From positions 10,886 through 51,229 of the forward strand of contig CAZJOS010000001.1 of assembly GCA_964547655.1 (NCBI GenBank): a DNA stretch of 40,344 bases, read 5' to 3'. Positions 1 through 8,295 of this stretch are shown piece after piece. A program made the translations under genes and the position numbers. The notes under the pieces were generated by a model, which was given only the letters and a program-made list of their open reading frames with translations, had not been told where the DNA came from and made no database searches. The stretch is from an uncultured Christensenellaceae bacterium. GTDB lineage: Bacteria; Bacillota; Clostridia; Christensenellales; SZUA-584. Each line of letters opens with the position of its first letter. Position 1 is the stretch's first letter.

Positions 1-925
1 CGGAAACCACTACAATGGTTCCATAGTCCTCTATCGACTTTTTTGCTATATCTTTTCTTGGCAGCCGGTCAAGTTGTATATCTATATCAATTGATACGCT
101 CTCGGCAACATTTCTGCTTGTCGTAAGCAATACGCTTGCCGCCCGTTCATCGTGCTCCGCCTGCGACAGCAGGTCTGCAGCTATATATTTCGGGTCAGCA
201 TTTTCATCGGCTATTATAAGCACTTCTGAAGGCCCGGCTATCATGTCTATTCCGGCCGCTCCGAAAACTTCCCTTTTGGCTGCCGCAACATACGCGTTGC
301 CGGGGCCGGTAATAACGTCGGCCTTAGGTATGCTTTCGGTGCCGTACGCGAGCGCCGCTATCGCCTGCGCTCCGCCAACCTTAAATATCTTATCGACTCC
401 CGCTATATCCGCAGCCACTAACGTCAGCGGTTCTATCTCTCCCGATTTTCCGGGAGGGGTAACCATTATTATTTCTTCCACCCCGGCTATCTTTGCGGGG
501 ATTATATTCATGAGCACGCTCGAAGGGTAAGCCGCCGTACCGCCCGGTACGTAGACGCCCGCGCGGCGTATAGGCACTATCATAGACCCGGTCACGGCGC
601 CTCCGCTGCGTTTTTCATACCCATCGCGCTTCTGCATTTTATGGAAAGCTTCTATATTAGCAGCACTTTTCTTTATGGTTTCAAGCAATTCCCGAGTAAC
701 TTTGCCGTAAGCTTCTTCTGTTTCAACTCTGGTAACCAGTATGTTTTCTCTGCTCAGGTCAAAGCCGTCATACATCTTAGTATATTTGAACAAAGCGCTG
801 TCGCCGTTTTTCTCAATGTCGGAGACGATTCTTTTTACTGAAGATATCACATCATCGTCTATGGCGGTTTTACGTTTCAGCCTTTCCATAACGAGCTCTA
901 AATCGGAAGAATCATATATCTTCAT
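1..925 (-). CDS. hisD: histidinol dehydrogenase, N-terminal ~308 codons (3' end runs off the window edge)
   Basis: The minus-strand frame is open from ATG 925 to position 1, and it is absent from the ORF track because it is truncated. My translation reads MKIYDSSDLELVMERLKRK..NGDSALFKYTKMYDGFDL..GVYVPGGTAAYPSSVLMN..GPGNAYVAAAKREVFG..SQAEHDE, which is typical HisD. A GGGGGA SD lies 5 nt upstream. The start overlaps the hisG stop by 14 nt. Confidence 0.85.
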   Translation of the reverse strand, partial: MKIYDSSDLELVMERLKRKTAIDDDVISSVKRIVSDIEKNGDSALFKYTKMYDGFDLSRENILVTRVETEEAYGKVTRELLETIKKSAANIEAFHKMQKRDGYEKRSGGAVTGSMIVPIRRAGVYVPGGTAAYPSSVLMNIIPAKIAGVEEIIMVTPPGKSGEIEPLTLVAADIAGVDKIFKVGGAQAIAALAYGTESIPKADVITGPGNAYVAAAKREVFGAAGIDMIAGPSEVLIIADENADPKYIAADLLSQAEHDERAASVLLTTSRNVAESVSIDIDIQLDRLPRKDIAKKSIEDYGTIVVVS

Positions 926-1559
926 TCTGTTCCCCCACCGATTGCTTTATTTTTTCTATAAGCGGCGTTATCTTCGCGGCCTTTATTTTCAGGCTCGCCC
1001 TGTTTACCGCAAGCCTCGCGGTAATGCCGCAGACCTCTTCTAAAATGACCAGCCCGTTTTCCTTAAGCGTCCTGCCGCTTTCCACGATATCCAGTATAAC
1101 GTCGGAAAGCCCGAGTATAGGCCCCAGCTCAACGCTGCCGCTGAGTTTTATGCACTCTATGGATTCGCCTTTTGCCGCGAAATGCCTGCTAGCTATACCG
1201 GGATATTTAGTGGCTACTCTCAAAACCGAGGAAGTCAGCGACTTGTTTTTTCTGTCGGGATACCCCGCGACGGCAAGCCTGCATTTACCGAATTTAAGGT
1301 CGGCCATCTCATAGAGCGGAAGTTCAGCTTCCATAAGCGTATCTTTACCTGCTATGCCCATGTCTGCTACGCCGTGGTCCACATATGTCGGCACGTCCGC
1401 GGGCTTTACCAGGATGAACCTGTATTCTTTTGTTTTATCGAAAACAATAAGCTTGCGCGTGCTGTCGATATCCTCTTCGCACTCGATGCCGCACTTTTTA
1501 AACAACGCTATCGACTCTTTTGCCAGCCTGCCCTTGGCAAGCGCTATAGTAACCTGCAT
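912..1559 (-). CDS. hisG: ATP phosphoribosyltransferase, short HisZ-dependent form
   Basis: The 215-aa ORF starts MQVTIALAKGRL.. and lacks the C-terminal regulatory domain of long HisG. It sits between hisZ and hisD. Confidence 0.9.
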   Translation of the reverse strand: MQVTIALAKGRLAKESIALFKKCGIECEEDIDSTRKLIVFDKTKEYRFILVKPADVPTYVDHGVADMGIAGKDTLMEAELPLYEMADLKFGKCRLAVAGYPDRKNKSLTSSVLRVATKYPGIASRHFAAKGESIECIKLSGSVELGPILGLSDVILDIVESGRTLKENGLVILEEVCGITARLAVNRASLKIKAAKITPLIEKIKQSVGEQNEDI

Positions 1560-1567
1560 ATCAACCT

Positions 1568-2755
1568 CTATATACTTTCCATATTGCCGTCAGCATCAAA
1601 ATAAAACGCGCATGACGCTTTTGAAACGGCTTTCAACCCGACAAGCTCATCAATAGACAATCCGGAAGAAAATACTGCTCTTTTTCCTTCCTGCCTCAGC
1701 TTTGACACATATTCCGAAGCGGCGCGGCAGCTTTTCATGTCGCAGGAGACCGCCGCGTAAGTATCGTTGTTGCCGCCGAGTATGCCCTGCCTCTCCATAG
1801 CTATCATTACCCGCTTTATGCCGAGGGCGAAACCCGTCGCCGCCTCATTGCTTCCGAATTTCTCTAATAGTCCGTCGTACCTGCCGCCCGAAAGCACGGG
1901 GAATCCTATACCGGGTGTTATGCCTCTGAATATGATGCCGGAATAATATGCTATATCGTGAAGCATCCCGAAGTCTATGGATATATATTCCGCAAAACCC
2001 ATAGCGTCCAGCAGCCCGTATACGCCGCGAAGGTTCTCGACCGCTTTTCTGCACCCCGGGTTATCGGAAAGCTTGATGGCCTTATCGAAAACCTCCTGCC
2101 CTCCGTAAAGGCCGGGAAGCGCTTTTATCTGTTCCTTCAGAGGAGCCGGTATGCCGTATTCTTTTGTAACAGCGTCTATAGCCGGCAGATCTTTGGAATC
2201 TACCGCATGGCGAAGCCTGTCGGTCTGCTCTTCGGTAAGCTTAAGCCCGCTTATCAGTTCTTTAAAGAACTCTACCTGGCCTATATCGATTGTGAAACTT
2301 TTCAGCCCCGCCGTTATAAGAGACTGTATCGCGAGAGATATAACTTCGGCGTCGGCCTGAAACCGTTCGTCGCCTATAAGTTCTATGCCCGCCTGCGTGA
2401 ACTCCCCCGCTATACCGATAGACGGAGAGGCTGCGGCGAAAGAGTTTTGTATATAAAACAAGCGTTTTACGCCTTTTTTAAGTTTTGTCGCTGCTACTCT
2501 CGCTATAGGAACGGTAATATCCGGGCGCAGCACGAGTATGCGGCCTCTGGAGTCTACGAACTTTATCATGCTTTCCTGCATGTATGAGCCTACCCCGCTT
2601 TGAAATGCGTCTATATATTCATAGGCGGGCGTTTCCAGTTCCTCATACCCGGAAAGTATGAATTCGTTTCTTAACGAGCTTTCGATATTTTTTTTTATAC
2701 AGCACTCCGCCGGAAGGCAGTCTTCCACGCCGTCCGGTACCTGCTTTTTATACAT
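1568..2755 (-). CDS. hisZ: ATP phosphoribosyltransferase regulatory subunit (HisRS paralogue)
   Basis: The protein has a class-II aaRS-like core without an anticodon-binding domain and lies directly upstream of short-form hisG. The ORF-track start at 2776 is TTG. I prefer ATG 2755 (MYKKQVPDGVED..), which has an AGGGGA SD 6 nt upstream. Confidence 0.8.
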   Translation of the reverse strand: MYKKQVPDGVEDCLPAECCIKKNIESSLRNEFILSGYEELETPAYEYIDAFQSGVGSYMQESMIKFVDSRGRILVLRPDITVPIARVAATKLKKGVKRLFYIQNSFAAASPSIGIAGEFTQAGIELIGDERFQADAEVISLAIQSLITAGLKSFTIDIGQVEFFKELISGLKLTEEQTDRLRHAVDSKDLPAIDAVTKEYGIPAPLKEQIKALPGLYGGQEVFDKAIKLSDNPGCRKAVENLRGVYGLLDAMGFAEYISIDFGMLHDIAYYSGIIFRGITPGIGFPVLSGGRYDGLLEKFGSNEAATGFALGIKRVMIAMERQGILGGNNDTYAAVSCDMKSCRAASEYVSKLRQEGKRAVFSSGLSIDELVGLKAVSKASCAFYFDADGNMESI

Positions 2756-2801
2756 TGCATTCCCCTGTTTGCCCAAAAATCATATGATTTTCAGATACAT
2801 A

Positions 2802-2843
2802 ATATTATTTAGCGTATTAGCATGCTAATACGCTAAATAATAT
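2802..2843. promoter_or_regulatory. 42-bp perfect palindrome (21-bp arms, centre GCATGC) in the recG-hisZ spacer; candidate operator or leader hairpin
   Basis: ATATTATTTAGCGTATTAGCA|TGCTAATACGCTAAATAATAT was checked base by base, and all 21 pairs are complementary. The palindrome overlaps the -10 of the putative his promoter. The confidence refers to a regulatory role; the palindrome itself is certain. Confidence 0.5.
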
Positions 2844-2867
2844 ATATCATGTTTTTGTATATGTCAA
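2839..2867 (-). promoter_or_regulatory. putative sigma-A promoter of hisZGD
   Basis: On the minus strand the sequence reads TTGACA (2867-2862), a 17-nt spacer, then TATATT (2844-2839). This lies about 85 nt upstream of the hisZ ATG. Confidence 0.5.
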
Positions 2868-2874
2868 GACCAAT

Positions 2875-4887
2875 TTAACTTCCCGAAATGTTTTCAAACC
2901 GCACGCTGAATCTTTCATCAGCATAAGATTCAAGCTTTTCATAAAGATCTATGTTATCCCTGTAAAGATCGCTTGCCGTCTGTCTCGCTTTCTCCAATAG
3001 CTTCATATCGCGGATGAGATTAGCCATATACAGGTCCGAAACGCCGCTTTGATTGCTTCCGAGATATTGCCCGGGGCCGCGAAGCATCAGATCCTCCTCC
3101 GCTATTTTGTAGCCATCGTTTGTTTTTGTCAGTATTTTAAGCCTGTCGTTATCATTATCACCGCACATCAGGAAACAGTAAGAGCGCTTGTCTCCCCTGC
3201 CTACCCTGCCGCGAAGCTGGTGAAGCTGCGCAAGCCCGAACCTTTCCGCGTTCTCTATTATCATTATCGTTGCGTTTGGTATATCTATACCAACTTCTAT
3301 GACTGTTGTGGAAACAAGTATGTCATATTGCCTGTCCCTGAATTTCTGAAGCGTCTCATTTTTCTCAGCAGATTTCATTTTTCCATGCAGATGCGCGACG
3401 CGGCTGAACCGCTTGCCGAGCTCCTCAAATATCTCTTCGGAGGATCGGGCGTTCAGCTCTTCGTTTTGCTCTATCAAAGGGCATACCACGAATACCTGGG
3501 CTCCGTTTGATATCTCTTTTTCTATGAACCCGTACATATCGCTTCGCTTATTTTCGGGAACGCAGAACGTGCTCACAGCGCTCCTGCCGGGCGGCATCTC
3601 GTCGATCATAGAAATATCCGTCTTACCATAAAGTATGAGCGCCAACGTACGCGGTATAGGCGTTGCTGACATTATAAGTATGTGGGGCGATGAAGCTTTC
3701 GATTCGAGCAGGGCCCTTTGCCGCACGCCGAACCTGTGCTGCTCGTCGGTAATTATAAGCCCGAGCCTCGCAAACTGAAGGCTGTCATAGAGCACCGCGT
3801 GAGTACCTATTACTATATCCGTGAGCCCTCCCGCGGTGTTTTCGAATGCGGCCCTTCTTTGGGCTGCCGGAGTGCTGCCGGTAATAAGCTCGATGTTTAC
3901 TCCGGGGAACACACTCTGCGCATTTTCAAAATGCTGCCGCGCGAGTATCTCGGTAGGCGCCATCATGACGCTTTGAAAGCCACTCTTAACGCATATATAC
4001 ATCGCGTAAAACGCGGGCACGGTCTTCCCGCTGCCCACGTCGCCCTGCAGCAGGCGGTTCATGGGAGACTCCTTATTAAGGTCGGCTTCTATCTCGTCCA
4101 TTACTTTTAGCTGCGCGTTCGTGAGCTTAAAACTTATATTTTCAAGGAAATCAGCTTTTGTTTTATTATCGCACCGCATAGGGAAAGCGGCGCAGCTTTT
4201 CTGTGATGCATAAGAAGAAAGGGCAATATTGAAAAGCAGTAATTCTTCAAAGATAAGCCTGTGCTTCGCAAGTTCGAGCGCCTCTTCGCTCTCGGGAAAG
4301 TGGATATTGGAAAGCGAAAAATTGATCTCAGCGAGGCCGTACTTAAGGCGAAAATCGCCCGGCAGCATATCCTGTATGCTGCCCGAATATTTATCGAGCG
4401 CCGACTTTATTATAAGACGCATCACTTTTTGCGTAAGACCCGAAGTAAGAGGATAAACGGGCATAAGCCCTTCGTGATGCCGCCCGTACTTCTCCATATG
4501 CGGGTTTGTAAACTGAAGTTTTTTTCCTATACGCTTTACTTTGCCGTATAAAAAGATCCTGTCTCCTTTTGCGTACATGTTTTTTATATACGGCTGGTTA
4601 AAAAAAACGGCTTCCGCTTTTCCGGTTTCGTCTTTTAGCAAAAACGTTACAAGCGAAAGGCCTTTCTTTATCCTTCTTAATACCGGGTCTGCGGATATTT
4701 CACAGGAGATATTGCAGACCTCGTCTTCCATAAGTCCGGAAATATTTACGCTGCTGCCTAAAGACGCATAGCTCCTCGGAATATAGTAGAGCAGGTCTCT
4801 TATCGTAGATATCCCGAGTTTTTTAAGCAGTACGGCTTTTTTATTGCCTATGCCTTTTAAGCCGGCAGCCGCATCGTCAAGGCTCAT
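2875..4887 (-). CDS. recG: ATP-dependent DNA helicase RecG
   Basis: The 670-aa protein has an N-terminal wedge/OB region, Walker A GDVGSGKTVPA, motif II DEQHRFG, SATPIPRTL and QLHQLRGRVGRG. Confidence 0.95.
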   Translation of the reverse strand: MSLDDAAAGLKGIGNKKAVLLKKLGISTIRDLLYYIPRSYASLGSSVNISGLMEDEVCNISCEISADPVLRRIKKGLSLVTFLLKDETGKAEAVFFNQPYIKNMYAKGDRIFLYGKVKRIGKKLQFTNPHMEKYGRHHEGLMPVYPLTSGLTQKVMRLIIKSALDKYSGSIQDMLPGDFRLKYGLAEINFSLSNIHFPESEEALELAKHRLIFEELLLFNIALSSYASQKSCAAFPMRCDNKTKADFLENISFKLTNAQLKVMDEIEADLNKESPMNRLLQGDVGSGKTVPAFYAMYICVKSGFQSVMMAPTEILARQHFENAQSVFPGVNIELITGSTPAAQRRAAFENTAGGLTDIVIGTHAVLYDSLQFARLGLIITDEQHRFGVRQRALLESKASSPHILIMSATPIPRTLALILYGKTDISMIDEMPPGRSAVSTFCVPENKRSDMYGFIEKEISNGAQVFVVCPLIEQNEELNARSSEEIFEELGKRFSRVAHLHGKMKSAEKNETLQKFRDRQYDILVSTTVIEVGIDIPNATIMIIENAERFGLAQLHQLRGRVGRGDKRSYCFLMCGDNDNDRLKILTKTNDGYKIAEEDLMLRGPGQYLGSNQSGVSDLYMANLIRDMKLLEKARQTASDLYRDNIDLYEKLESYADERFSVRFENISGS

Positions 4888-6503
4888 TATTCTACCGCAA
4901 ATATAAACTGGTATACTGGCTGCCCGCCGAACTGAAGCTCGATGTCGTAATCTTCATATTTTTTCTCTATGATTGCGGCGACTTCTTTGGCAAGCTGTTC
5001 GGTAACTTCTTCGCCGTAGAATATCGTGATAACGCTGTCTTCTTCTTTCACCATTCCGTCAAGCAGTTGTTCTACCGTGGTAAACACGTCTCCCGAGTGG
5101 CATGTAAGTTCGCCGTCTTCTATCCCGATTATTTCGCCTTTTTTTATTTTCTTTCCCGCTAACGTCGATTCCCTCACGGCGCTGGTTACCTGACCGGTCT
5201 TAACTGTCGCTATAGCTTTGCTCATGCGCTGCTTGTTCTCCTCAAAATCGAGGTCGGGGTTATACGCAAGAACGCCCGTTATACCCTGCGGGAAAGAAGA
5301 CGACGGTATAACATGTACGTTTTTGCTCGAAAAGGCCGCCGCCTGCTCCGCGGCGAGTATTATATTTTTATTATTTGGAAACACGAATACGTTATCTGAA
5401 GGAGCCTTGTCTATTGCCTGCCTTATAGTCTCTGTGGAAGGGTTCATGGTCTGCCCACCAAGTACTATCTCGTCTACCAAAAATTCTTTAAAAATATTAA
5501 CTATGCCTTCACCCGCCGCAACCGTGACAACTGCCATGCTCTTCTTTTCAGGCTCAGGCCGGTCTTCAAGCTCGGTATGCTGCTCCCTCATGTTGTCTAT
5601 CTTTATTTTTGAAAGTTCCCCGAAACGGAGCGCAAACTGAAGAGCCTTGCCGGGAACGTTTGTATGTACGTGTGTTTTAACGAGCTGCAGGTCTCCTACC
5701 ACGAGTACGCAGTCGCCTATATGCATAAGCTTTTCACGGTATCTGTCGATATCGCTTTGGGTAACTGAAGGATAAAGGTTTTTAATAAAAAATTCGGTGC
5801 AGTAAGCAAATTCTATATCTGCTGTGCTGATGTTGTCTGAGAAATTGGCTTCTATTTCCTGATCGAAACTGATATCTTCCGTGATAGCTTCTCCGTCAAG
5901 AGCCATCTTAAACCCCCGGTAAATTACCAGAAGCCCTTTGCCGCCGGCGTCGACGACTCCGGCTTCCTTTAAAACAGGAAGCATATCAGGCGTCCTTTTC
6001 AGTGTCTGCGCCCCCTGTTCGAGTACCATATCCATCAGCTTGAATACATTGTCTCCGCGGCTTGCGCTCCTCATACCGCTTTTAGCCATGTCTTTCGCGA
6101 CTGTGAGGATAGTTCCCTCTTTTGGTTTCATAACTGCTTTATAAGCGGCGTCTACGCCTTCCTGCATCGCTCTCGCGAAGTCGCTCGTATCGGCTGATTC
6201 GAGCCCTGAAAGGCTCTTTGCCATACCGCGGAAAAGCTGCGATAGTATGACTCCCGAGTTTCCCCTTGCGCCTTTAAGAGCCCCTAACGAAAGGGCGTCG
6301 CCTATGCTGCATATCTTTGACGAATCGGCGGATTTGACTTCCTTGACCGCGGAAAGCATGGTAAGAGACATATTTGTCCCCGTATCGCCATCGGGTACGG
6401 GGAAAACGTTCAAAGAATTTAAGCCCTTTTTATTTTTTTCAAGCAAAGCTGCTGCGGAAAATATCATATCTTTAAACAGCTCGCCGGTAAACATCTGATG
6501 CAT
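4887..6503 (-). CDS. DAK2-domain protein YloV / fatty-acid kinase FakA-like
   Basis: The N-terminal DhaL-like domain carries the motif PDGDTGTNM, followed by a YloV-type C-terminal domain. The gene keeps the conserved position between asp23/yloU and recG. ATG 6503 (GGGGGTGA SD) is preferred over the GTG at 6512 used by the ORF track. The stop shares 1 nt with the recG start. Confidence 0.85.
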   Translation of the reverse strand: MHQMFTGELFKDMIFSAAALLEKNKKGLNSLNVFPVPDGDTGTNMSLTMLSAVKEVKSADSSKICSIGDALSLGALKGARGNSGVILSQLFRGMAKSLSGLESADTSDFARAMQEGVDAAYKAVMKPKEGTILTVAKDMAKSGMRSASRGDNVFKLMDMVLEQGAQTLKRTPDMLPVLKEAGVVDAGGKGLLVIYRGFKMALDGEAITEDISFDQEIEANFSDNISTADIEFAYCTEFFIKNLYPSVTQSDIDRYREKLMHIGDCVLVVGDLQLVKTHVHTNVPGKALQFALRFGELSKIKIDNMREQHTELEDRPEPEKKSMAVVTVAAGEGIVNIFKEFLVDEIVLGGQTMNPSTETIRQAIDKAPSDNVFVFPNNKNIILAAEQAAAFSSKNVHVIPSSSFPQGITGVLAYNPDLDFEENKQRMSKAIATVKTGQVTSAVRESTLAGKKIKKGEIIGIEDGELTCHSGDVFTTVEQLLDGMVKEEDSVITIFYGEEVTEQLAKEVAAIIEKKYEDYDIELQFGGQPVYQFIFAVE

Positions 6504-6515
6504 CTTACTCACCCC

Positions 6516-6866
6516 CTAAACCCGGATTCCGTTAACGGTTACATCCACTTTATCCACGTTGAGCCCTGTAAACTTCTCAACCCTGTATTTAACCGTATCA
6601 ATAACGTTTGAAGCTACTGCTGAAATTGAAACTCCATATTCCACTATAACAAACAAATGAATGCTTACGTTACCGTCCTGCGTGGTTATCTTAACGCCTT
6701 TATTGAGATTCTCGCCTTTTAAAAGCTCAACAATGCCGTCCATAGCGTTTTGAGACGCCATGCCGACAATGCCATAACAGTCCATAGTTGCAACACCGGC
6801 CAGATTTGATAAAAATTCGTCGGAAAATTCAATTTTACCGTATGAGTTTTGCTGAATTACGGCCAT
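6516..6866 (-). CDS. Asp23/Gls24-family protein (YloU-like)
   Basis: MAVIQQNSYGKIEFSDEFLSNLAG..VDVTVNGIRV is typical of the Asp23 family. ATG 6866 is preceded by AGGAGG at 7 nt. The ORF-track extension to 6947 starts with TTG and has no SD. Confidence 0.85.
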   Translation of the reverse strand: MAVIQQNSYGKIEFSDEFLSNLAGVATMDCYGIVGMASQNAMDGIVELLKGENLNKGVKITTQDGNVSIHLFVIVEYGVSISAVASNVIDTVKYRVEKFTGLNVDKVDVTVNGIRV

Positions 6867-6980
6867 TAAACAGCCTCCTATAATATGTTCACTTACTTTT
6901 AATACTCCAATAACATTAAATTTATCTCTTTTTCCTTTCCCAGTCAAGCTTATTAATATAAATGAAACGAAAATTTAATT

Positions 6981-7008
6981 TTTACACTTGCTAAAAATAC
7001 GTTATAAT
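6981..7008 (+). promoter_or_regulatory. putative sigma-A promoter of rpmB
   Basis: The sequence is TTTACA (6981-6986), a 16-nt spacer, then TATAAT (7003-7008). It lies about 48 nt upstream of the rpmB ATG. Confidence 0.5.
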
Positions 7009-7055
7009 GATAAAATAATTTTTGCTGATTTTAGCGGCAAAGAGAGGTGCACTTA

Positions 7056-7244
7056 ATGGCAAAATATTGCGAAATCTGTAAGAAGGGTATACTGTCGGGA
7101 AACAACGTAAGCCACTCAAACAGAAAATCGAAGAGAACATGGTCTCCGAATGTTCAGCGTGTAAACGCTGTGGTTGACGGCGCGCCGAAAAGGGTCTACG
7201 TTTGCACGAGATGCCTTCGCTCAGGTAAAGTCCAGCGCGGTTAA
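7056..7244 (+). CDS. rpmB: 50S ribosomal protein L28
   Basis: MAKYCEICKKG..SHSNRKSKRTWSPNVQ is the L28 signature. ATG 7056 has a GAGAGG SD about 8 nt upstream. The ORF-track start at 7047 is GTG. Confidence 0.95.
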   Translation: MAKYCEICKKGILSGNNVSHSNRKSKRTWSPNVQRVNAVVDGAPKRVYVCTRCLRSGKVQRG

Positions 7245-7267
7245 CTATCATATGAAATATTCGGATC

Positions 7268-7296
7268 AAGGCTGCTTATGAGCAGTCTTTTTATTT
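7268..7296 (+). terminator. rho-independent terminator of rpmB
   Basis: The stem AAGGCTGCT/AGCAGTCTT has 9 bp including one G-U pair, with a TATG loop, followed by TTTTTATTT. Confidence 0.8.
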
Positions 7297-7299
7297 CAG

Positions 7300-7330
7300 T
7301 AAAAATCGACCCGGGGAAAAATCTCCGGGC
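7300..7330 (-). terminator. rho-independent terminator closing the ylo/spoVM transcription unit
   Basis: On the minus strand the sequence is GCCCGGAG-ATTTTT-CCCCGGGT followed by CGATTTTTAC. It begins 11 nt after the spoVM stop and sits back to back with the rpmB terminator. Confidence 0.55.
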
Positions 7331-7340
7331 GTTATGTATA

Positions 7341-7406
7341 TCATTTAAATATTATCTTAAGTATGCCCCTGAGAAACCAGGGGGCCTTTACGCAATATAT
7401 TTTCAA
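7341..7406 (-). CDS. spoVM: stage V sporulation protein M homologue (21 aa)
   Basis: The start is TTG, with a GGAGGTGGG SD whose core ends 8 nt upstream. The translation is MKIYCVKAPWFLRGILKIIFK. Against B. subtilis SpoVM (MKFYTIKLPKFLGGIVRAMLGSFRKD, recalled from memory) there are 9 identities in the first 15 residues. The position between thiN and convergent rpmB is the same as in B. subtilis. Confidence 0.75.
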   Translation of the reverse strand: MKIYCVKAPWFLRGILKIIFK

Positions 7407-7429
7407 ATAACCCACCTCCATTATGTAAA

Positions 7430-7594
7430 TTAGTTATATCCACGTTTTAATATGATGCATCCCAAACAAAGCAATACAGCGCCGAGCACTGCGAGCCACA
7501 TCCAAAAAGGCATGAAACAAATGAGCAGGACCACTCCCGTTATCGCCAGAAAAAAGCCTAATACTCTGCTTATATGAAAATTATTGATAAACAA
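7430..7594 (-). CDS. hypothetical small membrane protein (54 aa)
   Basis: The start is TTG, with GGGGAGGTGA 5 nt upstream. The translation is MFINNFHISRVLGFFLAITGVVLLICFMPFWMWLAVLGAVLLCLGCIILKRGYN. It contains a 39-residue hydrophobic run broken by Pro29, giving a helical-hairpin-like profile. The ORF is below the ORF-track cut-off, and I recognise no homologue. Confidence 0.5.
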   Translation of the reverse strand: MFINNFHISRVLGFFLAITGVVLLICFMPFWMWLAVLGAVLLCLGCIILKRGYN

Positions 7595-7662
7595 GCGATC
7601 ACCTCCCCGATTCTAAAACGATTCTTATTTATCATATTACCGAAAGAAAAGAAATGTTACAT

Positions 7663-8295
7663 TTATAGTTTTGTCTTGATTATAAGCGCGTAACCGCCCG
7701 AAATACTTATGTGCGCCCTGTCTTCGGTCATAACGTTGCTTAAGCCGCGTGAAGAGCCCCATTTAAGAAGCAGATCGAAAAGTGGATACTTAAGACCCGA
7801 AGCGTTGACCGTTATTTCGCCGGTAAGAGGCAGTATGGAAACGGTCTGCCCGGGGCTGCCAAAAAGCGTAAACTCATTATCTGATACATAAAGCTCGCAA
7901 GACGAGCCAACTATGCGGCATTGCGCTCCTTTTAAATGGGCGCGGACTAGCATCATAATATTGGACATCGCGTGGTCTATCCTTCCGCCCAAAGCGCCGA
8001 GTATAGTTATACTCTTTGCCCCCGAGCTTATTGCGCGATCAACAGCGGCTTCGGTATCCGACTCATTCTTTTCCGGTTGCAGACGTATAACTTTAGCGCC
8101 GCTTTTTTCAAGCTTTGCAACACAATCCGGGTCGGCGGTATCAAAATCTCCTATAAGTACGTCGGGTACGATGTTATGTTTATAAAGGAAACAGGCGGCG
8201 CCGTCTACCCCTATTACAAGGCCTGCTTCCGAAATGTATTTCTCTGCAAAGTTTGTGCCGGGCATATCGCCGCCCGTGACAATCAAACAATTCAT
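7663..8295 (-). CDS. thiN: thiamine pyrophosphokinase
   Basis: The 210-aa protein starts MNCLIVTGGD and carries the GDFDT and ESDTEAA motifs plus a C-terminal thiamine-binding domain. It occupies the YloS position after rpe. Confidence 0.9.
   Translation of the reverse strand: MNCLIVTGGDMPGTNFAEKYISEAGLVIGVDGAACFLYKHNIVPDVLIGDFDTADPDCVAKLEKSGAKVIRLQPEKNESDTEAAVDRAISSGAKSITILGALGGRIDHAMSNIMMLVRAHLKGAQCRIVGSSCELYVSDNEFTLFGSPGQTVSILPLTGEITVNASGLKYPLFDLLLKWGSSRGLSNVMTEDRAHISISGGYALIIKTKL

Noticed and set aside
2802-2843. The his-leader palindrome was considered as a second CIRCE element (it starts TTAGC and ends GCTAA) or as part of a T-box/riboswitch.
   Set aside because: The arms read TTAGCGTAT/ATACGCTAA, not TTAGCACTC/GAGTGCTAA, and the spacing differs. 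The 98-bp spacer is far too short for a T-box leader and has no specifier/antiterminator architecture.
7365-7385. A GC-rich hairpin GCCCCTG-agaaac-CAGGGGGC was first considered a terminator between the convergent genes.
   Set aside because: It lies inside the spoVM coding sequence (codons APWFLRG) and has no U-tract on either strand. The real terminators are at 7268-7296 and 7300-7330.
7452-7577. A 41-aa plus-strand ORF (MMHPKQSNTAPSTAS...) lies opposite the 54-aa membrane-protein ORF.
   Set aside because: There is no SD upstream, and the product is hydrophilic and low-information. The minus-strand frame has a strong SD and a coherent transmembrane profile.
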